This document shows, one piece after another, positions 54,628 through 63,448 of a DNA stretch of 64,000 nucleotides; position 1 is the stretch's first letter; each line of letters opens with the position of its first letter. Source of the stretch: Candidatus Xenobia bacterium (GTDB taxonomy: Bacteria > Vulcanimicrobiota > Xenobia > Xenobiales > QWHO01); the NCBI GenBank assembly GCA_045863235.1, contig BTUM01000007.1:84335-148334 (forward strand). Direction: 5' to 3'. A program made the translations under genes and the position numbers. The notes under the pieces are model-generated. The model made no database searches, was not told the DNA's origin, and was given only the letters and a program-made list of their open reading frames with translations.

Positions 54628-57600
54628 TCAGGCCGGGGCCACCTCGACGCGCAGCAGCCCGGGGCTGCCGGCTCGATCCTCACGGTACATGTTGCGCACG
54701 CACAGGGTGAAGTGCTGGGTTCCCGCGGCTGTGGCCACCAGGGGGATGGTGACCTGTGCGGCGCCCGCGAAGTCGACCGCGAACTCCTTGACCTGGCCGC
54801 CTCCCACCACGCGAGTCAGGCAGTCCGGCAGGTTGAGGTAGACCAGATCCCCCATCTCGTAGCCCTCCTCGAGCTGCACATGCAGGTCCACCGCCTCGCC
54901 CACCCGCAACTGGCGGGGGGTCCACCAGACGCGCAGAGGAACGGCGAAGGAAAGCTCGCTCCAGTCCTCGGTGACCAGCAGATCCACCTCCACCGTGGCC
55001 AGGCCTTCCAGCACCCGCAAGGTGTCCTCGGTGCTCTCGGTGCGCGCCTGGCCGTTGAGCAGGCCACTGGCCGAGAGCTCGCGGAACATGGCCAGGGCGG
55101 CCACCGAGTCGCAGGTGGAGTAGAGCCGGCCCTGCTCGTTGAGGTCGGCGGTGATGGCGTTGGCCGTGCTGAGGACCGACTCCAGCTCGCCGCAGCGAAG
55201 CAGAATGGCCACCGCGAAGGCCGCCTGGGTGCGCCAGGCCACCCGGTCCGGCCCCCGGTCCTCGGCCAGGAAGGCCCGCGCCTGGCGGGCCGCCTCCTCC
55301 TGGCGCTGGGGCAGGCTCCAGTAGACGCCTGCCAGGGCGGTCTTCTCCAGGTTGGGGTAGACCTGCTGGACCCGGTTATCCAGCGCCTCGACGCGCGAGT
55401 CGGGGTAGAGCTGGCGCAGGGCCCGCAGGTTCATGGCCGCCATCTCGCTCCAGTAGGCATGCACCGTGGATTGCTCGGGGTAGATTCGAAAGCCCCGCCG
55501 ATCCATCCACATCGACTCCAGCCGTTGGAGGCCAGCGCGCAGAGCGGCCTCGGCCTTCAGGCGACGCTCGGTGGTGCGGGCCAGCTCGAGCATGGTGGCT
55601 GCCGCCACCATTCGGGCCGAGGTCTGCTCGCAGCAACAGTAGCTGTAGTCGGTGGTGGCTTCGGCCAGGGTCTCGAGTGGCTGCTCACAGTTGGGGAGCA
55701 ACCGCCAGGAGAGAATCTCGGGACTGAGCGACACCGACTCGCCGGCCCGCAGCAGGCGCAGGCTGCGCATCCTTCGGCGCAGCTTGCCGGGAGGGTTGAC
55801 CCGGCACTCGGCGGTCAGACGCCCGGCCTGAGCGCGGTAGAGGCCGGGCTGGACCGGGAAGGTAAGATTCGGGCCCAGCTCCACTGGCTCCCCGTCCCGG
55901 GTCAGAGTCACCTCCGCCTGGCCTACCTGGAGCAGCCTTCCGGTGACCTGGTCACCGGGGAAGACGCAGGGCGGAGCCTCGATCTCCAGGTGCTGGTCGG
56001 CCACCACCCGCAGACGGCGACGCAGCCACCGCCAGTCTTTGCCATGGACCACGAAGGCCTCCACCAGGAACTCTCCCATGTGGTTGGGCAGCTTGAGGCG
56101 CTTGCTCAGCGTGCCCCGACCCAGCTCGGCCAGCAACACCTCGGCTTCGTGGCTGGTTGCTTCGGGCGGCGGGGCTGACAGGGGCTCCACCACTTCCCCG
56201 CAAGCAATGGCCTCGTCCATGAGATCGGCGCCAAAGGGTTCGGGGGCAGCGAAGGCGCTGGCTCCGAAAGAGGCGGATGGCTCTGCCATCGGGCTCGAGA
56301 ATCCGAAGCCACGGGCCGGAGGCGGAGACCCGAAGGTCGGGGGGGTTGCGAAAGCCATGCTCGTGGGTCGTTCGCCGAGCATCCCGCCGCTGCCCCGGAA
56401 CTCCTCGCGGGCCAGGGCCGGGCGCGCAGCCGCTCCGGCCATGGGCCGACCGGCGGGAGCCGAACGGCGCAACAAGCCGGCGCGAGCTTGCTCGGAGACC
56501 CGGTTCGGTCGGACGTTCTCCAGCCGGGGGGGCAGACCGGCCACGTAGGTCTTCAGGCGGTTGGCCAGGCTGGTCTCGGGCGTGTCCTGGCGGCTCAGGC
56601 GGGCGTCTCGCACCAGCATGTAGACCGAAGCGCCGGCCGGGGCCTCCACGGTCAGCTCGACCTCTTCCTCGGGACGGGCTGCCTCCGGGGTGGCCAGGCT
56701 GGCCGACAGCTCGCAGGCGGGCACCACCGCCGCCCACCCCTCGAAAGCTCGCCCCTGCACGAAGCAGCCCACGGCCAGCACACCCAGCGGAGCGGGCACG
56801 TCCAGCTCGAAGCTCTGGCCCGGCTCGAGCACGTCCCGATAGATCTCGCGCTGACCGCTCAGATCGGCGACCTGAGCCCGCTCTTGCTCTGACAGCTTCC
56901 AGCCCATCTCGCGGGCCCGCGCCAGCCAGGTGCGGGAAGCCTCGACCTGCCCTGCCGCGGCCAGGGCTCGAGCCATCGAGTGCGCCACCCAGCTGTCGGG
57001 TTGGCGAGCGAACGCCTGCGAGAAGTGAACAGCGGCGCGCTCGAACTCACCCTGCTGGAACTGGCTCAGTCCCAGCCAGTAGTCAGGCGAGTCGTCCAGG
57101 CTGGGGGGAGTGGGCCGGCCCTGGGGAGGCTTCTCGGCCGGATCCACCATCAGGGCTCGCAGGCCCTCGCAACGGGCCGTGGCGGTCACGCGCGCCCGGC
57201 GGGCATCGATGCGCTCGAGCCGGACGGGTGCGTTGCGGGCAGCCCCCTCCACCAGGTGCAGGCCGCGCACTTCCAGCGAGCCGGATTCGGGCACCAGGCT
57301 TCCCTGCACCTCGTTGCCCAGGGTGGAGAACAGGGTCAGCTCGCGCTCGCTGCGACGGGTGCCGGGCAGGGCCACGGTGGCGCTGTGGCTCTGACGATGC
57401 AAGTTCAGGCTGAAGGGACCCTCGCCCACCAGGACCACCTCGGTGCGCAGCACGCCTTCCACTGCCTCGCCCTGGTGGGTCGAGACCCGTCGGCCACCGT
57501 CCATCAGCTCCACCCGCAGCGGGCCTTCGACGGGACGACCGAAGCTCTCCACCCGCATGGTCACGCGGAGGGTGCCCTGATGACGCTGATGCGCGACCAG

Positions 57601-58098
57601 GAAGCCCACCAGGGGGGCGAGCCGGTACTCGGCCACGGTAAAGCTGGTAGCCTGCGACTGATCCTTCAAGCGCACCTGGTACTCGCCCGAGGTCAGGTCG
57701 TGCACCTCCAGGCATCCGGCCCCGTTGCCATCCAGTCGCGTGGTGATCTTCTGAAGAACCGAGCCGTGCAGGCACAGCTCCACCTCCACGTCCCGCTCGG
57801 GGCGGAGGGGATCCACCACCAGCAGGCGGACCACGTCGTGGTTCTGGCGATAGAGGTCGCGGTCGCAGGTGACCGTGCCCAGCTGCAACCCGGCCAGCTT
57901 CGGTGTCAGGTCAACCTGAGGCAGCTGCAGGCGCTCCGGTCCGTAGATGGGCAACACGCAGCCGCTGGCGGGCAGTTTCAGCTCGGGGCAGTGGCGCAGC
58001 CAGGCATAGGTCTCGTCGGTGAAGATGGTGGGGGAGACGAACGCAAAGAACGTGCCGAGGCGGAAATGGGGGCCAACGGTCGTGAAGGAAGAAGTCAC
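54628..58098 (-). CDS. Alpha-2-macroglobulin-like thioester protein, compact, with TPR insertion
   Basis: MG2-like DRDLYRQ...VRL; TPR-like YWLG...GEFERA...F; low-complexity bait-like region; LPNHMGEFLVEA; CxEQ in YCCCEQT; STCDS. Start uncertain (ORF open to 58242). Confidence 0.72.
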   Translation of the reverse strand: MTSSFTTVGPHFRLGTFFAFVSPTIFTDETYAWLRHCPELKLPASGCVLPIYGPERLQLPQVDLTPKLAGLQLGTVTCDRDLYRQNHDVVRLLVVDPLRPERDVEVELCLHGSVLQKITTRLDGNGAGCLEVHDLTSGEYQVRLKDQSQATSFTVAEYRLAPLVGFLVAHQRHQGTLRVTMRVESFGRPVEGPLRVELMDGGRRVSTHQGEAVEGVLRTEVVLVGEGPFSLNLHRQSHSATVALPGTRRSERELTLFSTLGNEVQGSLVPESGSLEVRGLHLVEGAARNAPVRLERIDARRARVTATARCEGLRALMVDPAEKPPQGRPTPPSLDDSPDYWLGLSQFQQGEFERAAVHFSQAFARQPDSWVAHSMARALAAAGQVEASRTWLARAREMGWKLSEQERAQVADLSGQREIYRDVLEPGQSFELDVPAPLGVLAVGCFVQGRAFEGWAAVVPACELSASLATPEAARPEEEVELTVEAPAGASVYMLVRDARLSRQDTPETSLANRLKTYVAGLPPRLENVRPNRVSEQARAGLLRRSAPAGRPMAGAAARPALAREEFRGSGGMLGERPTSMAFATPPTFGSPPPARGFGFSSPMAEPSASFGASAFAAPEPFGADLMDEAIACGEVVEPLSAPPPEATSHEAEVLLAELGRGTLSKRLKLPNHMGEFLVEAFVVHGKDWRWLRRRLRVVADQHLEIEAPPCVFPGDQVTGRLLQVGQAEVTLTRDGEPVELGPNLTFPVQPGLYRAQAGRLTAECRVNPPGKLRRRMRSLRLLRAGESVSLSPEILSWRLLPNCEQPLETLAEATTDYSYCCCEQTSARMVAAATMLELARTTERRLKAEAALRAGLQRLESMWMDRRGFRIYPEQSTVHAYWSEMAAMNLRALRQLYPDSRVEALDNRVQQVYPNLEKTALAGVYWSLPQRQEEAARQARAFLAEDRGPDRVAWRTQAAFAVAILLRCGELESVLSTANAITADLNEQGRLYSTCDSVAALAMFRELSASGLLNGQARTESTEDTLRVLEGLATVEVDLLVTEDWSELSFAVPLRVWWTPRQLRVGEAVDLHVQLEEGYEMGDLVYLNLPDCLTRVVGGGQVKEFAVDFAGAAQVTIPLVATAAGTQHFTLCVRNMYREDRAGSPGLLRVEVAPA

Positions 58099-58271
58099 CT
58101 GGGACCGGGACTTTCTACGGCAGCAAATCGAAAGATTCGCCCTCTTCAGGTGGATTCCTCCCGGGGTGTGGGAGCGGGTTGCAGACCTTCGTGGCTTGAC
58201 CAATGCAGCGACCAGGACTGTTCCGGGCACGCACAGAACCACCGCCGCGCCAGTGAAAGGTGGTTTTTCCG

Positions 58272-59630
58272 ATGCAACAACAGCAAGCTCGAATCAATTC
58301 TCTGGAGGAAGCGCGCCGTCTCGTGCAAGAGCGGGCGCTTTCCCACGTCAAGGTGGGAGTGTTCGACCTGGATGGAATCCTGCGCGGCAAGTACATCTCG
58401 CGGGAGAAGTTCCTCTCGGCTCTAGAGAACGGCTTCGGTTTCTGCGACGTGGTGCTGGGCTGGGACTCCAACGACAAGCTGATGGACAACCTGGCCTTCA
58501 CCGGCTGGCACACGGGCTACCCTGACGCACCTGCCCGCCTTCTGCCTGAAACGGTGCGTAATCTGCCCTATGAGGACGATGGGGTGTTCTTTCTGGCCGA
58601 GTTTGCCGGCGAGGCTGAGAAGATCTGCCCTCGCGGACTGTTGCGCCGCACCATCGACCGGGTGCGCGAGGCCGGTTTCGAACCCTTCTCGGCCTTCGAA
58701 TACGAGTTCTTCTGTTTCGACGAGACGCCCGAGAGCTGTCGCGACAAGCACTACCAGAACCTCAAGCCGCTCACGCCGGGCAACTTCGGCTACTCGGTGT
58801 TGCGCAACTCGGTGCAAAACGAGTTCCATCGAGAGCTGTGGTCGGTCTGCGACGAGATGCAGCTTGGCCTGGAAGGACTTCACACCGAGACCGGCCCCGG
58901 GGTGCTCGAAGCGGCCATCACGGTGGATCGCTCCCTGGACGCGGCTGACAAGGCGGCTCTGTTCAAGACCTTCGCCAAGGTCGTGGCCCAGCGTCAGGCC
59001 AAGATGCTCACCTTCATGGCCCGCTGGAACGCCGAGCTGCCCGGTCAGAGCGGCCACATCCACCTGTCCCTCAAGGATGCCTTCTTCGATCCTGACGCCC
59101 CTCACGGCATCTCGGCCACCATGCGCCACTTCGTGGCCGGCTGCCAGAAGCTGATGCCCGAGCTCCTGGTGCTGGTGGCCAGCACGGTCAACTCCTACAC
59201 CCGCCTGGTGCCCGGCTACTGGGCACCCACCAACGCCACCTGGGGCATCGAGAACCGCACCTGCGCCCTGCGCGCCATCCCCGGCTCTTCCAAGTCCCAG
59301 CGGCTGGAGTACCGGGTGGCGGCTTCCGATGCCAACCCCTACCTGGCGCTGGCGGCCGCCCTGGCTTCCGGCCTCTACGGGATCCAGAACGAGCTCGAGC
59401 CGGCCGTCCCCATCGTGGGCAACGCCTACGAGCAGAGCCTGCCCGAGGAGCTCAAGCTGCCCGAGACGCTGTGGGAGGCCGCCCAGCGCTTCCGCAAGTC
59501 GGCCTTCGCCCGCGACTTTTTCGGGGCGGATTTCGTGGAGCACTTCGCGGCTACCCGCGAGTGGGAAGAGCGCGAGTTCCGCAAGCACGTCACCGATTGG
59601 GAGCTGAAGCGCTACTTTGAAATTATCTAG
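58272..59630 (+). CDS. Glutamine synthetase-like gamma-glutamyl-amine ligase
   Basis: DLDGILRGK, EYEF, HTETGPGVLE, GQSGHIHLSL, NSYTRL, WGIENRT, EYRV, NPYL. Confidence 0.92.
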   Translation: MQQQQARINSLEEARRLVQERALSHVKVGVFDLDGILRGKYISREKFLSALENGFGFCDVVLGWDSNDKLMDNLAFTGWHTGYPDAPARLLPETVRNLPYEDDGVFFLAEFAGEAEKICPRGLLRRTIDRVREAGFEPFSAFEYEFFCFDETPESCRDKHYQNLKPLTPGNFGYSVLRNSVQNEFHRELWSVCDEMQLGLEGLHTETGPGVLEAAITVDRSLDAADKAALFKTFAKVVAQRQAKMLTFMARWNAELPGQSGHIHLSLKDAFFDPDAPHGISATMRHFVAGCQKLMPELLVLVASTVNSYTRLVPGYWAPTNATWGIENRTCALRAIPGSSKSQRLEYRVAASDANPYLALAAALASGLYGIQNELEPAVPIVGNAYEQSLPEELKLPETLWEAAQRFRKSAFARDFFGADFVEHFAATREWEEREFRKHVTDWELKRYFEII

Positions 59631-60984
59631 CTTTCAATGCCTGAGCCCGGTGGACGGGTCGGTTTACCTCGAGCGAGCCCTGGCCGGCCCTGCCGAGCTG
59701 GAGAAGGCCCTGGCCCGGGCTCGGGAGGCTCAGCGCGAGTGGCGTGGTCTTAACCTGGAGCAGCGGGTCGAGCAATTGCGCCAGCTGGTGGAACGGCTCA
59801 TGGCTGGCTCCGAGGAGCTTGCTCGGGAGCTGAGCTGGCAGATGGGTCGGCCGGTGAGTCAGGCGCCCGGAGAGCTGCGCGGTTTCGCGCACCGGGCCCG
59901 CACGATGCTCGAGCTGGCCCCCTCGGCCCTCGAGCCGATCCGGCTCGATGAGTTGCGGCGCGTGCAGCGCGACCCGCTGGGCGTGGTGCTGACGGTGGCC
60001 GCCTGGAACTACCCCTACCTGATCGCGGTCAACTCGGTCGTGCCCGCTCTGGCGGCCGGAAACGCCGTGTTGCTCAAGCATTCGGCCCAGACCCCGCTCT
60101 GTGCCGAGCGCCTGGTGGAAGCAGGGGCGGGCTGTCTGCCTGAAGGACTGTTTGCCTGTCTGCACATGGATCACGATCTGACCGCCCGGGCGGTGGCCGA
60201 GGTCGACTTCGTCTGCTTCACCGGCTCGGTGGAGGGGGGGCGCTCGGTACAGCGCGCGGCCAGCGAGCGATTCATCGGGCTGGGCCTGGAGCTGGGCGGC
60301 AAGGACCCGGCTTACGTGCGTGCTGATGCCGACCTGGAGCACGCGCTCGAGAACCTGGTGGACGGCTCGTTCTATAACTCCGGGCAGTCCTGCTGCGGCA
60401 TCGAGCGAATCTACGTGCACCAGAGCCTCTACGAGCAGTTTGTGGAGGGTTTCGTGGAGAGAGCTTACGCCTACAAGCTGGGCAACCCCCTGGAGAGCTC
60501 CACCAATCTGGGCCCGGTAGTGAAGGCGTCCGCAGCGCGGGCCATCCAGGCCCAGGTGGATCGGGCCCTGGCCCGGGGGGCGCGGGCCCTCATCGACTCG
60601 ACCCGATTTCCGGCCGCCGCAGGTCTGTACATGGCCCCGCAGGTGCTGGTGGACGTGGACCACTCCATGGACGTGATGACCGAGGAGACCTTCGGCCCGG
60701 TGGTAGGGATCATGGCCGTGAAGGACGATGAGGAGGCCGTGAGGCTGATGAACGACAGTCGTTACGGACTGACCGCCTCGATCTGGACGCGCGATCTTCA
60801 GGTTGCTGACCGGCTCGGCGCGCAGGTCGAGACCGGCACGCTGTTTGCCAACCGCTGCGACTACCTCGATCCCGAACTGGCCTGGACGGGGATCAAGGAC
60901 TCGGGACGAGGCTGCACCCTCTCGCGGGTGGGCTACGAGCAGCTCACCCGGCCCAAGTCGTTTCATTATCGCACCGTCAGTTAG
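59617..60984 (+). CDS. Aldehyde dehydrogenase
   Basis: AWNYP, FTGS, LELGGKDP, NSGQSCC, EETFGP, YGLTAS. Confidence 0.95.
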   Translation: MKLSSFQCLSPVDGSVYLERALAGPAELEKALARAREAQREWRGLNLEQRVEQLRQLVERLMAGSEELARELSWQMGRPVSQAPGELRGFAHRARTMLELAPSALEPIRLDELRRVQRDPLGVVLTVAAWNYPYLIAVNSVVPALAAGNAVLLKHSAQTPLCAERLVEAGAGCLPEGLFACLHMDHDLTARAVAEVDFVCFTGSVEGGRSVQRAASERFIGLGLELGGKDPAYVRADADLEHALENLVDGSFYNSGQSCCGIERIYVHQSLYEQFVEGFVERAYAYKLGNPLESSTNLGPVVKASAARAIQAQVDRALARGARALIDSTRFPAAAGLYMAPQVLVDVDHSMDVMTEETFGPVVGIMAVKDDEEAVRLMNDSRYGLTASIWTRDLQVADRLGAQVETGTLFANRCDYLDPELAWTGIKDSGRGCTLSRVGYEQLTRPKSFHYRTVS

Positions 60985-60985
60985 C

Positions 60986-61179
60986 ATGAAGGAAGAAGTG
61001 GAGAAGGCCTACCGGAGCTGGACCCCGAGGTTGCCTTCAAGTTGTTGAGCGCCATCCAACGAGTCGAGTCTCTCGTCGCCGAAGAGCTCAAGACCGCGCT
61101 CCATCGCTTCTTTCGAATCGGAATCGATAGCTACTTCCGAGGCACCGGGTCTTCGGGTGGCGAAGGGCCGCGCCCATGA
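60986..61179 (+). pseudogene. Possible frameshifted ~64-aa gene between ALDH and ADH
   Basis: ATG 60986 gives MKEEVEKAYR; a -1 shift near 61015 continues ELDPEVAFKLL... to a TGA overlapping the ADH ATG. Confidence 0.4.
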
Positions 61180-62291
61180 AGGCGAACTGGAACTACCCGA
61201 CCTCGATTCGATTCGGTCCCGGTCGGCTGGCCGAGCTGCCCGACGCCTGCCGCGAGCTGGGCATCGCGAGGCCCTTGCTGGTGACCGACCCGGGGCTGGC
61301 CGAGCTGCCTCCGGTGCAGCGGGCCCTGGAAGCTCAGCCGGCCGGGCTCTACACCGGCGTGAAGCCCAATCCGGTGGGTGCCAACGTGACCGGAGGAGTG
61401 GAGGCCTACCGGGCGGGGGGCCACGACGGCGTGATCGCCATCGGGGGTGGCAGTGCCCTGGATGCCGGCAAAGCCATCGCTCTGATGGTGGGCCAGACCC
61501 GCCCGCTCTTTGATTTCGAGGACCGCGAGGACTGGTGGACGCGGGTCAATCCCGAGGGAGTGGCCGGCGTGGTGGCCATCCCCACCACCGCGGGCACGGG
61601 CTCGGAGGTGGGCCGGGCCTCGGTGATCACCGATGAGAGCGTGGGCCTCAAGAAGATCATCTTCCATCCTCGCATGCTGCCCGGACGCGTCATCCTCGAC
61701 CCGGAGCTAACCCTGGCCCTGCCCCCGAAGGTGACCGCCTACACTGGGATGGACGCCCTGGCCCATAGCCTGGAGGCGCTCTGCAGCCCGCTCTATCATC
61801 CTCTGGCCGAGGGCGTGGCCCTGGAGGCTATCCGGCTGGTTCATTCGGCTCTGCCGGTGGTCTATCGCGAACCCTCCAACCTCCAGGCCCGCGGCCAGAT
61901 GCTGACCGCCGCCATGATGGGCGCGGCTGCTTTCCAGAAGGGTCTGGGCGCGATCCACTCGCTCAGCCATCCGGTCGGAGGGCGTTACGATCTGCATCAC
62001 GGCCTGCTCAACGCCATCTTCATGCCCTACGTGCTGCGTTTCAACCGCCCCGCGGTGGAGGAGCGCATCGACCGTCTTGCGGCCTATCTGGGATTGTCCG
62101 GCTTCGACGGTTTCTACGCCTGGATTCTCGAGTTGCGCGCTCGGCTGGAGATTCCCGACCGCCTGCAGCTCGAGAACGCCGACCTGGACGAGCTGGCCCG
62201 ACTGGCTTTAGACGATCCGAGCACCCCCACAAACCCCGTCCCGTTAACCCTCGCCGACCTGAAGGGCTTGCTCCAGGAGGCGCTGTGCTGA
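61176..62291 (+). CDS. Iron-containing alcohol dehydrogenase
   Basis: GGGSALD, PTTAGTGSE, DALAHSLE, GAIHSLSH, HHGL. Confidence 0.95.
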   Translation: MKANWNYPTSIRFGPGRLAELPDACRELGIARPLLVTDPGLAELPPVQRALEAQPAGLYTGVKPNPVGANVTGGVEAYRAGGHDGVIAIGGGSALDAGKAIALMVGQTRPLFDFEDREDWWTRVNPEGVAGVVAIPTTAGTGSEVGRASVITDESVGLKKIIFHPRMLPGRVILDPELTLALPPKVTAYTGMDALAHSLEALCSPLYHPLAEGVALEAIRLVHSALPVVYREPSNLQARGQMLTAAMMGAAAFQKGLGAIHSLSHPVGGRYDLHHGLLNAIFMPYVLRFNRPAVEERIDRLAAYLGLSGFDGFYAWILELRARLEIPDRLQLENADLDELARLALDDPSTPTNPVPLTLADLKGLLQEALC

Positions 62292-62563
62292 GATACTTCC
62301 GCTGGGTGGGAGGACTGGAGGCCTGCTCGTTTCTGCTCTTGCTGGGCGTGGCCATGCCGCTCAAGTATCTTTATGCACGCCCGGAGGCGGTGCGGGTGGT
62401 CGGCTTGCTGCACGGCATCCTGTTCCTTCTCTACTGCCACGCCGCCCTGGTGTTGGCGCTGGAGCGCAAGTGGAGCCGCACGAAGGCGTTCCTGGCCTTC
62501 CTGGCTGCCTTCCTTCCAGGTGGGCCGCTCTGGTTCGACTGGAAGCTGCTCGAGCGCGAGTAA
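62285..62563 (+). CDS. DUF3817 family small membrane protein
   Basis: EACSFLLLLGVAMPLKY, GLLHGILFLLY. Confidence 0.88.
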   Translation: MLRYFRWVGGLEACSFLLLLGVAMPLKYLYARPEAVRVVGLLHGILFLLYCHAALVLALERKWSRTKAFLAFLAAFLPGGPLWFDWKLLERE

Positions 62564-62581
62564 TTCTGCGCCCAGCCTCGG

Positions 62582-63448
62582 TCAGCGAACCGCTGTTCCC
62601 GTCCCTAAGAATCGCTCGGTGAGGTAGTCGGCGAACTTCTGCATCGACTGGCGGGAGGCCGCCAGGCGCTCGGCCAGGGCCGCCCTGTCGGCCTCGCTCT
62701 GGGTTCGGAAATTGCGATTCAGGTCGGCCTCCGAGCCAGAGTAGATCCGAAAGGTGCCGAATCCGGACGGCTCGATCCCGATCCGATCCGCTTGATGGTT
62801 TTGGGCATTGTAAGTTCCGACCAGGTCCTCGAACTGCGCCTTCAAAGCGTGGTTGGAAGCCACCCAGGCCTGGAATTCCGGGGTCTCTCCTCCGGCCCGG
62901 GAGCGGCCAGAAGCCTCTATGAGAAGTTCCTCGTGCTCATCGTAGGAGCTCCGGTCGACCAGCTGCGCCAGGGAGAGTCCGTTTTCGCGGGCGACCTTCT
63001 CATAGGTTTCCCTCTGCCCGTGGAACTGGGCCATCTTGTGCAGCGCGTTGGGCAGGTCGGAGAACACGTTCGGCGGCTCGACGGCCTGGATGTCCACCCA
63101 GGGCGCCCCGCATCCCGTGTCGACGTGCCCCTCGCACGACTGCCTCGTGTTGAATCCGTTCAGCTGCAAAGCGGCGACCGTGTCGACGATGCCCTCGTCG
63201 AGGCCCAGACCCAGCCCATCCCTGTAGCCTCGCACCTCGGCAAGCCTGGCCAGGCGTTGCAGTTCGCGTTCTCCACGCAGGGTGGGGAGAGGAGCCTCCG
63301 AGGGCACCGGCCGCTCCATCAATGGCGCGGGTTCTGGTCGCTCACCCAGGAGAACCACGTCGCGGGGCTGCTCCGGGGCGAAGGGTGCGCTCTGGGTGGG
63401 CCAAGAGAACGTCACCCTGTCGGTCAGGTGGAAGTGGCTCTGAATCAT
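62582..63448 (-). CDS. Hypothetical protein with T-x-x-S-C-E-G-H motif and low-complexity N-terminus
   Basis: LDEGIVDTVAALQLNGFNTRQSCEGH...PWVDI; degenerate copy of the promoter motif at 63456-63488. Confidence 0.75.
   Translation of the reverse strand: MIQSHFHLTDRVTFSWPTQSAPFAPEQPRDVVLLGERPEPAPLMERPVPSEAPLPTLRGERELQRLARLAEVRGYRDGLGLGLDEGIVDTVAALQLNGFNTRQSCEGHVDTGCGAPWVDIQAVEPPNVFSDLPNALHKMAQFHGQRETYEKVARENGLSLAQLVDRSSYDEHEELLIEASGRSRAGGETPEFQAWVASNHALKAQFEDLVGTYNAQNHQADRIGIEPSGFGTFRIYSGSEADLNRNFRTQSEADRAALAERLAASRQSMQKFADYLTERFLGTGTAVR

Noticed and set aside
58272..59630. Housekeeping glutamine synthetase glnA
   Set aside because: Operon context (ALDH, Fe-ADH) and divergent motifs favour a gamma-glutamyl-amine ligase.
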